64,000 nt of DNA from Euprymna scolopes (taxonomy: Eukaryota), in the NCBI GenBank assembly GCA_053919585.1, contig CM132788.1; one strand, 5' to 3'. Under the pieces are notes generated by a model. The model had not been told where the DNA came from and made no database searches. It was given only the letters and a program-made list of their open reading frames with translations. Each line of letters opens with the position of its first letter. The first letter of the stretch is position 1. Positions 27,047 through 39,900 of this stretch are shown one piece after another. The position numbers and the translations under genes were made by a program.

Positions 27047-28117
27047 TCATATCACATGACAACGCGAAAGCGTGTCTGCTACTTTGTTCTTTGTTCCTTT
27101 GATATGTTTTATTTTCAAAGGATATTCCTGTAAAGTTAAAAACCAATTTTGCAGTCGTCTATTTTTGTTTCGCATTTTGCTCAAAAATGTGATTGGGTCA
27201 TGGTCGACATATAGTTCAATTGGATCCTTCCCAGATGTGAGGTATATTTCAAAGTTATCGATTACAAGAATAACCGCGAATGCTTCCTTCTCGATAACGG
27301 AATAGTTTTTTTGATGTTTATTTAGCTTTTTTGAGAAGTAGCTAATCGGTCTCAAGTTTCCTTTATCGTCTAACTGTGATAATACAGCTCCTACCCCAAT
27401 ATCACTAGCGTCAGTATGCAGAGTGAAAGGTTTATCAAAATTCGGGGCTAATAGTACAGGCTCCTCACTAAGCATTTTCTTTATTTGCTCAAAAGCCTCT
27501 TGGCATTCTGCCGTCCATTTGAATCTGTTTTTCTTCAGGAGATCCGTTAGAGGTGTGGCAATACTTGAAAAGTTCCAACAGAATTTACGGTAATAGCCAG
27601 TCATACCTAGAAATCGTCGGGTTTCTTTTGCGGTTGTAGGTCTGGGATATTCCTTGATATTCAGTATTTTTATTTCACTCGGCCTGATATTTTCGTATCC
27701 GACCTTGTGTTCTAAATGCTTGACTTCAGCCTTTCCGAAATCACTCTTCTCTAGATTGATCGTCAATCTAGCGTCATTCAGCCTCTTGAATACTCGTTTG
27801 ATGATGTCTAGGTGTTTCTCCCAATCATCACTGTATATCACGATGTCATCGATATAGACGCTTACATTCGGAATTCCTGACAGGCATCAATTCATTAATC
27901 GAGTAAAGGTGGCTTGGGAATTCCTCATCCCAAACGGCATTACATTATAGTGATATTTGCCTCCTGGCACTACAAATGCAGATTTCAATTTTGCTTCTGC
28001 TGTTAAAGGAACTGACCAGTACCCTTTAAGTAAGTCGCACTTGGTTATGTATTTAGCGTTGCCGATTTGATCAATGCAGTCGTCCATCTGAGGGATGGGG
28101 TATGAATCTGTTTTCAT
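27047..28117 (-). pseudogene. Gypsy RT and RNase H (disrupted)
   Basis: DSYPIP, CDLLKGYW, MPFGMRN, VYIDD, RRFLGMTGYYRKF, LHTDASDIGVGAVL, YSVIEKE, DH, ADTLSR. Confidence 0.93.
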
Positions 28118-28125
28118 AACCTCAT

Positions 28126-29004
28126 TCAGCCTCCTTCTGTACAGAATTTGACTGATCCATCTGGCTTATCCACTAGAACGCATGGGGACGCCCATTCGTT
28201 CTGACTTGGTTCGATGATGTGGTTCTCTAACATGTACTCAATCTCTTTCTGGATGATTTTCTGCTTCGTCGGATTGACTCGGTAAGGATGTAGTCTTATC
28301 GGTTTCTCGCAAGTTAGTTCCACATTGTGTTCAATGATATTTGTTTGCCTGGGAACATTCGAAAATAATCCAAGTACTTCCTGCATAGCTTCCTTTAACT
28401 CAGTTCTGTCCTTCTCCGCCAGGTGTTTGAGCTTGCTATCGATATTTTCCATAATTATGAAATTATTTAATTTCATTGGGATGTTCTTAATTTCAAAGCG
28501 ATCATCTCCATCTTTTTCCCTTTCTTCTGTAGTAATGACCTGTCCTATGGGACGTTCAGGGTCATTCTTACGTTCTGAATATTTTTTTAACCGGTTCAGG
28601 TGACATCTCTGTACCCTATTCCTCTTTCTGGATATATTCACTTTGTAATTTTGGTTGTCGACTTTCTCCAATATTATATGAGGTCCATTAAATCTTGCTT
28701 CAAATGGTGATTTAACCGAGGGTGCAAGAACCATAACCCTGTCGCCTCTTTTGAATTCTCTCCCCTTAGCCTTCTGATCATATAATTCTTTCATTCTGGT
28801 TTGACTTTTTTGGCATCGCATATCCCTTCTACTTCCCGGTAACTCTTGACCGTCGTATTTCCTTTTTAATATTCCTTCTTCTATAATGTATTGCTGTTTA
28901 TACCGGTCACTTGTGGGCTTGTTTACTTGCTCAAATAGTTTTTTCAAGCTGGCATCCTTTATCTGAGCCTCTTTTAATTCCTCTCGTGATTTCTTTAACA
29001 TCAC
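28126..29004 (-). pseudogene. Integrase remnant (N-terminal linker fused to GPY/F C-terminal module) followed by RT N-terminus
   Basis: LKEAQIKDASL...GILKRK joined directly to SQTRMKELYD...RFNGPHIILE...CHLNRLK, then HPYRV...SQNEWASPCVLVDKPDGS. HHCC and DDE core are missing. Confidence 0.8.
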
Positions 29005-30548
29005 CGACTTGGTAGAATAGCGTTGCCTCTCTGCTTTCCTTATGTGCCATCGTTTCTCGTTCTCTGTTCATTTTTCCTTTTCTGTTCCGCAGATTATATG
29101 CTCCCATACTTCGTCTGGGGTCATATCCGTCTATCTCGTTTATTTCTATGTTTACATCATTCCCCAGTAATAAATCTATGTTTTTCATGGGAAGTTCATC
29201 TATGATTCCCACCTCTATTATCCTCGTAATCTTCCCTGCCTTCAGCTTAATCGTTATCACTGGTATTTTCATATCACATCCTCCTACTCCTCTGATCACC
29301 ACGTGGTTGATAATTCTGTTTCGGGGCGCCATCTTTCTTAGAATCACCGATTGCGCGGCCCCCGTATCCCTTAATAATTTTATCGGTATTTCTCTTCCAT
29401 CTTTCCTTATTATCGTTCCCTTTCTCATGAAAGGTTTATATATATCGTATTTTGGCACTGATGAAACTATTCCTTGTGGCTTAGTTCCCACATTGTTCCT
29501 TAATTCGGTTCCTCGATTCGATCTGCATTGACTTGATATATGTCCTATTTTTCCACATTTATAACACGTGGGTGGGTTCATCCTCTGTAGCGGTGTTGGT
29601 CGGCCATTCCTTGAGTTATCTCCTCGCAGAGTGACTTCTTTCGGTTCATTTGCCCAATTTACTATTTGCAGTTTATTTCTTTCTTTCCAACGGGATATTA
29701 TATATTCGTCAGCCAGTGTTGCTAGCTCACTGCCTGATTTTGCTCCTTTTTCATTTAAGTGTATCCGCATGTCATCAGGTAATCCATTTAATATTTCTTC
29801 GATCAGAATGAGCTGTTTGATTTTTTCTGGGTCTCCGTTCACCCCTTTTGAATCATACCATTTATTCATCGCTCATTCCTTTTCCTTGACAAACTCTCTG
29901 AACGACTGCGTTTCGCTTTTCTTTATCGTTCTGAATTTTTGTCGATAAGCCTCTGGTATTAGTTCGTAACTGCTCAGTATGGCTTGCTTCACTCTCTCAT
30001 AATCTGCCCGTTCTTCGGCCGATAACGCTGTAAAAGCTCTTCGTGCTTTTCCTGTTAACGTGCTCTGTATAAGTGTGGTCCACTTTTCCTGTGGCCATTC
30101 CATGTTGACCGCCATACTTTCAAAATGTGAAAAGTATTCGTCTACGCTTTCCTCTGTAAATTTAGGTACTAACCGTATCTGTTTCGCCAAATCGAACCTG
30201 TCTCGGTTCGTTTCTGTCGTTGCTTCAGCCAACCTGATTTCTCTTATCCAAATTTCCTGTTCCATCCTTGCTTTTTCCAACTCGACTTTTGCTTCAATTT
30301 TATATTTTTCTAACTCTAGCTTTTCCCTTGATAATTCGCTGTGCCATTCATCTAGCGTTTCTGGCGCGAAGATCTGTTTCCTCCACCAGGTGCTCCAGTA
30401 TTATCCCAATAATTTTGTTTTTTCTCATGGCCATTTTTGTTTCTAATTCCAGCCTCTCTCCTACTGCAATTAGCTCGCTTTTCTTCATTTCTTCAAGCTT
30501 TTCGAGAGACGGTTCACTTAGGAATTTCTCCACTCTTCCTGTAGCCAT
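28931..30548 (-). pseudogene. Gmr1-like Gag (SCAN-like capsid, CCHC knuckle) and aspartic protease
   Basis: LVPKF...YFSHFE, YELIPEAYRQKFR, LILIEE...ELATLADEY, CYKCGKIGHISSQC, LLRDTGAAQS, IDLLLGND. Split by stop and frameshift. Confidence 0.85.
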
Positions 30549-32631
30549 TTTTCTTCTTTTTTTTTTTTTTTTATTTGCCCGCCTATTTTTTTTCTTTCTT
30601 TATATTTTAGTTATTTTCTTTTCTTTTCCAAGATTTTTGTTAAACAAAAAAAATGTTTTCTCTGACGCATATATATCACCTGGCTATCGTGCCCCCTTTA
30701 TGTGATTTATTCACACGACTGGTTGTCCAGGACAGTATTCAGGTTCTTCGTTTTTTTGAATATATATGTTATATATATATATTTTTTTTTTTCGGACGAG
30801 TTCCCCATGTGCCGAGTTCGTATATATTAATATACGAACTCGGGAAGGACCGATCAGCGAATGCGCTAAGCTATGGTTCTCCCTTCTAGAATCCAAAGCG
30901 CGCTGAGGTTAGATGGAGTAATGTTTCCATTGTGATATTTTATATACATCAAATAACAAAGAGAAGAAAAAAAAAACAAACGGCGGATTATATTTTTATT
31001 CCAAAATCACGGGTGCATCACGCGCGATTCTTTTATTATTAAATGTAGAAAAGTATGGAGAGGGAGATTCTCTTAGTTGTTTTTTTTTTTTTATAAAAAA
31101 AATGAAATATCACATTACTCATTTATATATATATATGCCAATTCAATATATTGATGCTGAAATAATAATCAATCATTCGCACATTAAATCGGAACTTGAT
31201 TCCCTTTTTTTTTTGTGTCACACAAACATCCGCACTTCATGATATAGAGAAGAGGAAATATCTGCACAACGTTCTCGATCTCTTCCGAGGACCATATTGG
31301 TTGCTTTCTCTCTTTTTTTTTTTACGTAATTAAAGCCCCCGCTATGAAAAATTCTTTTTCATACTTGTCGTATCGTCTTCCGCGTTAAAAGAAAAATGCC
31401 TGTATTTACCTTAGGTTTTCCAGGTTCATATTCCTCTTTCTTTTTTTGTTTTTTTGTTTTTTTTATCTTGATGGGGTTAAATCGGTAATTCCTCTTTTTT
31501 CTAATTCCCACGTGGTGCGCTGCGTCTATCCAATTTTTTTAATCTTAGCGGCAACTGACACTTTTTGTTTCTGTTTTTTTTTTCTTTTGCCGCCTTAGTT
31601 ATCTCCCTTGGTCCTCGCTCCTGCTGATATTCTTTCTCTACATTCTCTCTCTCTCTCTCCCTCTCCCTCTCTACTGTGTTTTCATTAGCGTTGACACAAT
31701 GAAATTCTTACAGAATCATGTCTGCTCTCGGGCGATTATGCAAATATATAATTCCTTATAAGGAATTATATATTTGAGTGAAGAGTGTCCTGTAGATTGT
31801 GTGTTTCCGGCAGTTGGATTGTGCTTGTATATATTTTTTTTGTTTTTGTCTCCTTCTTCATCTTCCTCTATTAGAGCCAAGAACTCCCTCCCTGAGTAGT
31901 GCAGGGCGAAATTTAATATTTCCTATCTTTGTTCCTGATTTTTGACCAACTACATTTTTCTACATAAACTAAAGAGTTTTGCTTTGTTTCAGTGATTTGT
32001 TGGCACAAAGTGAGTGAGGTACGTAAATCGTTTTAGCTTCTGAATAACAAGAGAGTGTGATTCGGAAGCTAAAACAATGTTCCATAAAGAAATATTATTC
32101 AGAAGCTAAACGATGTCCCGTAAAGAAATCGTGATTATTTGATTTCTAAATTATGTTTAAAAAAAGTTAAACTTCCTAATGTAAAATTGCTTAAAAAGTT
32201 AAACTCCAACTAAAATGGCTTTGATTGAATATTGATTTGAATATTATCATGTGTCGAGCAAAAAATTGACAAAATAAGCAAGAATCCACGGCTGTTCTGT
32301 TAAAGATGAAATAACCAAGGTCCAGACATGAATGTGTTATGAGATAAAACTTTATTATAGCAAGCGCTAACACGTGCGACTGGTCTCAAAGGGAAAATCT
32401 AACTGACTAGTCGCATCCGGGGTTTTTCCCCTTGGCGGCCCTCTCCTCATATAAGGGGAGATAATCACTCTTTCCTGGGGCAGGATAAATGGGATGGGAT
32501 GTTAACACTTCCCCGCTTTCCTTTCTTGTGCTGATGAAAGTTTTCAGGAGACATCATCAAAGGGTTATCTGCAGGGAAAGGGAAAGAAAAAGAAGAATTT
32601 AACAAAATTATGTGACACTGTGTTTTAAGGA

Positions 32632-33408
32632 TTAGAGAGATTGTTCCTTGGGTTCAGATGTGAATCCTAGAATTTTAAAAGAGGGGACTCCCTTTTTTGT
32701 TAAGCCATCAGCAATTTGTTTGTCAGTGGGTATCCAGGATATCTCTGCAATTTCTCCTCTGTCAACCATTTCTCTAAGGATGGCCATCTCAATTCTTAGT
32801 CTTTTATCGAGGATTTGTGTGGTAGAATGCACTGCATCATACAAACAGGAATTGTCTGTTTTGCATGTTATCTTGATGTTTGTAGTGTGATCTTCCATTT
32901 GCAGCAAATCCAGTATCAATTTTCTGTAATAATGGCAGGCTTCAGTAAGATCAACCATGGCCAGAGTCTCCGCAGCAAGCGTGCTTTTGACTATTCTTTT
33001 GATGCGTTTAGATTGCCAGGCTATTGGCATGTATTGGTTATTACTACCAACCAGAAAAATAATGTAGCCACCTTGTGATCCACCGTCAGTTAGGTTAGCA
33101 AAGGATGCATCACTGTATGCTATAATTTGAAGCAATTTAGGGTTTCCAAGATTGGGAATATGGATTTGGGATTTCTCCTTTTTTGCCTTTTTGATAGTCC
33201 TATTTATTTGTTTTATACATTCCACATTTTCTTGTTTTAATATGGAACTCAATGCACTGACATCAAAATTGAGGTCAGGTCTAGTTTGAGTGGCTAGCCA
33301 GTTGAGTTGACCGATTAGCTGTCTGGCCTCAGAGATCTCAGTGGATGTCAGCTTGTCTTCCAGCCTTCTTCCATTCTGCAGCGGAATGTGTCTGAGTTTC
33401 TTGTCCAA
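32632..33408 (-). pseudogene. GalEa-like RT C-terminus and RNase H
   Basis: QLNWLATQTRPDL, YSDASF, KSTLAAE, KTDN, QIADGLTK. Confidence 0.92.
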
Positions 33409-35632
33409 TATTGATGTTACTATTGGATTTTTTTATTTCTAATCCAATATATTGGAACTTGGCAACTTCTTCAGATTTCACTTTGAAAAGTTTACGAAGT
33501 TCATTAATGACTTTGTTCTCAAAGGTTTCTGAACCAGCAAAGCAGAAATCATCGACATGAGTGGCAATTATGCCTTGAAGCTTGTTTTTGAAATGCCAAG
33601 TGAAAATAGCCTGGTCATATTTTGATGGTGTGGCCCCTAGCTTTACTAGTTTCTCTCTAAGTGTTAGGTACCAGGATCGAGATGCATCTGTTAGACCATA
33701 AACACATTTGGATAATTTCCAGATGTAACCAGGGGATACATTGGCTTCTTTGGGAGGAAGAAGGTAGACGGGTCGATCTAATTGCTTGCTTTGTAAAAAG
33801 GCAATTTTGATGTCCATGGATTTGCATACCCAACCACTTGCTGATATAACTCCTAAGACTGATCGTAAACTTTCTTTTGAACATGTTGGGGAGTCATTTC
33901 TAACATTGCAGGCATCTTTATCTTGAAAGCCTTTCGCAACAAGTCTGGCCTTAAAGGTTTGTTTTCCATTCAACTCCTTGTTGGTGTAGACCCATCTTGT
34001 GCATATTTTTGGTTGGCCCTGATCTAATACTTGTGTGTAGACTTTGTGTTCAACCCAACTTTGGAGTTCTCTCTTTTTGGCCTTATCATATTGGTCATTA
34101 GAGGAGTCAGTCATTAGATTTACCTCCGTGGCTTCATTAGTGAGGGGTTGGTCATCTTTGTTTGTCTCCCATTCCAAGACCCCATTCTCAAAATCTAGCC
34201 AGAATGGGTCACCTTCCTCCATAGCAACGTTCATTAAATATTTATTTTTGCCAGTGGCTTTACCAGCTCTACTGATCACATTCAATTTTCTCCATTCTTG
34301 GTCTTCATCATTGGTGAATTTGCATATTATAGTTTGGCCTGGTTTAGGCAGTTGTACAGATTTGGTGGCCACTTTGGGTAACGTGTCACATTCATTGGCC
34401 TCATTCTGCTCAGGGTCATCAATTTCACTGCCCTCATCTATTGGCACATAACCACTTGTGGTGGCATTGTTGTGCCTCTGAGGTTTTGTTCGTACACTGG
34501 TGTCTTGGTGTTCAGAGGTGTTGTGGTATGTGTCAGGATATGGAATTAAGCGTGAAGGATGCACTCTAACGTATGTGGCTTCATGTTTGACTAGTACTTG
34601 TTTATGTTCCCAGCCTATGACAGCACCCGGACCAAGCCATCGATCAGATTCATTTCTTTTAAAAAGGACAAGGTCACCATTCTTGTATTGATCAATTACA
34701 CTGGTTCTCACCTGATGACGGAGAACTCGTCTCAATTTTTCAGAGGCTTCACACTCTATGAAACCTTTTCTTGCAGCATGCATGGCATTGAGGTTGTCAG
34801 CAACAATTTGACTAGTACTCACACCTTCTAGTGCAGGAAGTTGATCATTCAGGAGAGAAGGCAGGTTGGGATTTTTTCCAAAAACCAGTTGGTTAGGGCT
34901 ATAGCCGTGTGAATTGTGAAGTGCATTCTTGGCATTGACCGCCCATGAGAGAGCAACATCAAAGTTACACCGAGCATCTTCTAAAGTCTTCTTGACCATT
35001 TCTCCCAGAACACCATTGTGCCTTTCATTCAATCCATTACTCCAGGGGGATTGTGCAGCAGTGGTACGGACTATGATATTCAAGTTTTGAGCCATGTCTC
35101 GGAAGAATTGATTGTCAAATTCCCGGCCATTATCAGTAAGAAAAGCTGCTGGAGCACCAAAATATGCAATCCAGCGTTTGAAGATGGCAGTGAGTATATC
35201 AGAGCTCTCCTTACTTGTAAGCCTAACAGCGACACTATATCTGGTTGCATGGTCCACCAAGTGTAGTACTTTATGTCCATTAATTTCCTTTATGTCCATG
35301 GCTACAGTCTGGTTAAAATGAGTTCCTAAGGGAAATCCTACAACAGGTCGAGGTGCAGGTTTTTTATACCTGAGGCAGGTCTGACAAGCAAGAGGAAGCT
35401 TCCTCAGTATATCCATAAATTCAGCATCTTTTAAACCAGAGCTTTTGACAAGATTACACAATTTTTGTGCACTGGGATGGCTGAATTGTCGATGTAATTT
35501 GGTAGCAATTTTTAATTTCTCGACTTTGCTCTTTTTATTAATTTTGTTTAAAAATAAAATATATCGTAACTTACCCTGGTCTGGTGGAGGTGTAGATATA
35601 GGGATGTGGTAGTGGCCAGAAGTGGTGCACAC
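33338..35632 (-). pseudogene. GalEa-like integrase and RT
   Basis: LHRQFSH...CQTC, MDI, TDNGREF, SPWSNGLNER, FKARLVAKG, AFLQ, HVDD. Confidence 0.93.
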
Positions 35633-36854
35633 TGCACAGCAACCTTATTTTTTTTCCAAACATTTCCGCTGTGTCATCATTAAAGTTTAGGGTTGTCTGG
35701 GCTCTTTTCATGGCCATCTTGCTTAGTAGCAAAGGGATATCAGCGTCAACAACATCACTCATTATTTTAATGTTCATCTTTGCAATGACACATGGCAAAG
35801 TTACTTTTTGTAGAGATTTTATTTTCATACCATCTCCAAATTTAAAGTATTTTGTGCCCTCATCATAAAGAATGTCTGTTTTTGAGTCCTCGGACAAGGT
35901 TTCAAGAAAACAGTCCAACCATTTCTTTCCACATACCGTCGCTGACGCACCAGAGTCCAAAATAGCACAATTTATGGTTTCTCCGAAAAGCGAGTTCTCC
36001 GATTCCCGTCGATTAAGCAACACTATATTAGCGATGTCTTCAGAACTGCCGGAAATATCGTTTTTATGTTCATTTAATAATACCATATTTTCTCTTGAAT
36101 GGTGATTATTTTGGGAATAAGGACACTTTTTGGCATAGTGAAATTTGCATCCACAGACGTAACAAACGGGAGTCTGATTATTCGAAAAATTTCGATTTGG
36201 GTAGCGGTTATAATTGTGTGGCCGGCCTCTGCCATTATTTGTGCTGCTACTACGCGTGAAGTGAGGGGGAGAGGCAGGCTTATACGCATGACGTCGTCTC
36301 GTGTATAGTATTTCACTGTTGTCCTGTGTCTGTGTGTCTGCCTCACTAAAAACGACGTTGTCAGTTTCATTTTTTATGGAAATGTTTTGTGGTCTAGCTG
36401 TGGTTAAGTTTTCACATGAAATTTTTTTTAATTGTTGAGCCATATCTTTTAGAGTGAGGTTGTTTATTGTCGCGCGTATTAATCTCTCGTTTTCGGGGTT
36501 GAGATTGGCAGACTTTAACGCGCGATAGGCTAATACGGGTTCTGGTAAAATTATTTTAAATTCCCTGAGTTTCGCTACGTGCCTGTCGAACTGGATTAAG
36601 TAGTCATTTATGGAAGCGTTAGGTTCACGCTGATAACTTTCAAAGTTCTCGTAGGATATGAAAGCAGACTGGTTTTTATCCTGAAGAAAAAGTGTATCCA
36701 GCTTTTCGACGAGATTGTCCATTCCTTCTTCGGCATTCAGTAATGAAATGTCCATTTCTAGTACAGCACTACAGCAGCGCGAGACTGTCCGGTGAGCGAA
36801 AGAAATACAGCGGGAGCTTGTTTTGAAGGCGGAATGTTCGTTGCTATCTTCCAT
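35571..36854 (-). pseudogene. GalEa-like Gag and protease
   Basis: CYVCGCKFHYAKKC knuckle, ILDSGASATVCG, IPLLLS. Frameshift near the N-terminus and before integrase. Confidence 0.9.
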
Positions 36855-36963
36855 AGTTCAATTTCTCGTTTCCATGAATCGTAAAATTCCGGGTTTAGTC
36901 GTGGTGGTTCAAATATTCTGGAACTCATTATGTTTTTTTTTTGTTTTTTTTTTTATCTTCGTA

Positions 36964-36976
36964 CGCTCTGCTACCA
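36964..36976 (-). promoter_or_regulatory. Primer-binding site TGGTAGCAGAGCG (tRNA-iMet)
   Basis: Two nt after the 5' LTR; complementary to the 3' end of animal initiator tRNA-Met. Confidence 0.9.
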
Positions 36977-39900
36977 GATGTTAAAGATGAAATAACCAAG
37001 GTCCAGATATGAATGTGTTATGAGATAAAACTTTATTATAGAAAGCGCTAACACGTGCGACTGGTCTCAAAGGGAAAATCTAACTGACTAGTCGCATCCG
37101 GAGTTTTTCCCCTTGGCAGCCCTCTCCTCATATAAGGGGAGATAATCACTCTTTCCTGGGGCAGGATAAATGGGATGGAATGTTAACATGTTCAATTGTA
37201 CTTTCCAATTGTGGCAATTGCATTGCAACGTTGCCCTAGTTGCAAAAGTGTTTCTCTGTTGCGTATGCATACAATGCGGTTGTAAATTAAGGCACAAGAG
37301 TTTTTGGGAATTCTTTGCATCAAAGTTATTAGCGTTTATGACTAAATTGTGACCCCTTTTTTGAGAAGTATGCGGCTGTATTTTTTGTAGCCACTTATGA
37401 TTTTCATATATTTAGTTCATTGATTTGGTCGTTTAGAAAACTTAACAAAACTAAATTGGTGTTTTTCTTGAAAGCGAGCAATTGACAAAATGAAAATATT
37501 CGTTTGTACCTGCTTGAAAATTGTATGCACAACTGTTTCATAAAATCTACGGTGTACTGCTGTATGTAAGCTGATTGTAAGCTTGCTGTGTGTGTGATGA
37601 TGAGAAAGTGAAGGACTGTCGAAAACGCGGAACACGGTGTTACTGGTGCAGTGAGTGTGTACATTGGCCTCGGACTGTCTCGGAAAACGCACAAGGTGCA
37701 TAAGCGTCCTCCCCTTCCCCACCAAGATGTGAACTCAAAGTGACAGGAATCCATGTTTGATGGGACGCTCTAGGACGGGACGCTTACAGGATGCTCTAGG
37801 ACGGCGCCGATCTTGGAGAAAAACGAACATGAATGCCCAAACGATTGGTGGAATATCCCATGCACGCTGCAGTGTCGTTGTCGTTGTCGAGCCTACAGGA
37901 TCAGTGCGGCCTGGCGGCAGAAAAAATATTAAATTCACAGCCATTTCTATGAACCGGGTTTCATTGCCACCTTTGACCATCAAGACCGAACGTGGACCGC
38001 ATCATGGAAGTGGTCTCAGGATCACCCTCCTGAGAGGCTACACAATCCAATCGAGTGTCAGAATACCCAGTGACAGCAGAAATCTGTGAAGATTACATGC
38101 AGGAGCTCCGCACCTAGATGGATAATGTTTTGATTCATGCCGTACCCATAGAATAAATTGCCCCCCCCCCCCGCCCCAAAGGCCTAATTCCCCTGATCGC
38201 TGTGAACAAAGTCAACATGCGCTTGGTGATGCTTGTTTGTGCAGCTAAGCTGCGGCAAATGGAGAAAAAAGGTGCTAACGTGTCTATTGGACACAACAAC
38301 TACTGTGGCCATACCAGACTGTGGGAAAAAGACTCTGGGGTTCGGTTTGAATGTGGCTCCCCTGATAATGAGAGCAATTGTAAGCAAAGTATTATCCCAG
38401 AAAGAAGTTGTAAGCCGCGCATACAAATTGATGACATTTTTGTCAATGAAGACGTAGTGCCCATGACTGCACACACTAAAAAAATATTATTCAGAAGCTA
38501 AATGATGCCCCGTAAAGAAATCGCGATTATTTAATTTCTAAATTATGTTTCAATTCCTGCAAAAAATTAAACTTTCTAATGTAAACTGGGTTAAATGTGT
38601 CTTGCTATCACTTTGGTGTTACGATTTAAATATTATCATGTGTCGAGGAAAAAATTGACAAAATGAGCCAAAATCCATGGCTGTTGCAAGTTTCTCTGTT
38701 GCATATGCATAAAATGCGGTTGTAAATTAAGGCGAAGGAAAGTTATTAGTGTTTAGGCGCAGGAAAGTTATTAGTGTATACAGCCGCATACTTCCCAAAA
38801 CAAGTATGGGAAGTATGCAGATGTATCTTTTGTAGCCAGTCTAATGATTTTTGTATATTTAGTTCATTGATTTGGTCGTTTAGAAAACTTAACAAAACTA
38901 AATAAGTGTTTTTCTTGCAAAATGAAAATATTCGGTTCTATCTGCTTGAAAATGTACAATTGCACAACTGTTTCATAAAATCTTCAGTGTACTGCTGTAT
39001 ATAAGCTGATTGTAAGCTGTATAAGGAGTTTCTTTTGCTGTGTGTGTGATGATGAGGAAGTGAAGGACTGTCGAAAACACGGAACACGGTGTTACTGGTG
39101 CAGTGAGGGTGTACATTTGGCTCAGAACGTCTCGGGAAACGCACAAGGCGCATAAGTGTCCTCCCCTTCCCCACCAAAATGCGAACTCAATGCTCCCAGT
39201 GACAGGAATCCATGTTTGAAGGGACGCGATGTTTGACGTTTACAGTATGCTCTAGGACGATTTTACATGCAGACCGGTGCCGATGTTGAAGAAAAACGAA
39301 CATGAATGTCCAAACGATTGGTGGAATATCCCATGCACGCTCTGCAGTGTCGTTGTCGAGCCTACAGGATCAGTGTGGCCTGGCGGCAGAAAGAATATAA
39401 AATTCACACCCATTTCTATTATTTCACCGCCACCTGTGACCATCAAAACCGAACGTCGACCACATCGTGGCTACACAATCCAATCGAGTGTTAGCAGAAA
39501 TCCGTGAAGAATACACGCAGGAGCTCTGCACCTGGATAGATAATGGTTGGCTCATGACGTACCCAGAGAATAAATTGGGACCCCCTTCCCCCAAGGCCTA
39601 ATTCCCCTGATCGCTGTGAACAAAGCCAAAGTGCGCTTGGTGATGGATTACTAGGAGCTAAATTGTTTGTGCAGCTAAGCTGCGGCAAATGGGGACAAAA
39701 AGGTCTACTGGACACCACAACTCCATGAGACACTATGGCCATACCAGACTGTTGAAATCGACAGTGAAAAATATTCTGGGGTTCGGTTTGACTGTGGCTC
39801 CCCTGATAATGAGAGCAATTGTCAGCAAAGTATCATCCCAGGAAGAAGTTGTATGCCGCGCAGCATCTGCTTACAAATTGATGACATTTTTGTAAGAGAA

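Larger units (their letters stand above)
25845..31672 (-). mobile_element. Gmr1-like Ty3/gypsy LTR retrotransposon (PR-IN-RT-RH order), integrase core deleted, 5' LTR truncated
   Basis: 3' LTR 25845-26924 (TGTGAC...GTCACA). Partial 5' LTR 30701-~31672. Degenerate tRNA-Pro-like PBS AGGGGGCACGAT next to 30700. Gag with SCAN-like region, CCHC, DTGA protease, IN remnants, then gypsy-type RT/RH. Confidence 0.88.
32298..37188 (-). mobile_element. Full-length GalEa-like Ty1/copia LTR retrotransposon
   Basis: 210-bp LTRs at 32298-32507 and 36979-37188 with about 5 differences by eye. TSD TGTTC at 32293-32297 and 37189-37193. PBS TGGTAGCAGAG (tRNA-iMet 3' end). PPT AAAGCGGGGAAG. RT motif HVDD. Confidence 0.95.

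Noticed and set aside
26595-27133. Hydrophobic and SL/RE-repeat ORFs as membrane proteins
   Set aside because: Translation of the T-rich LTR and (CT)n microsatellite.
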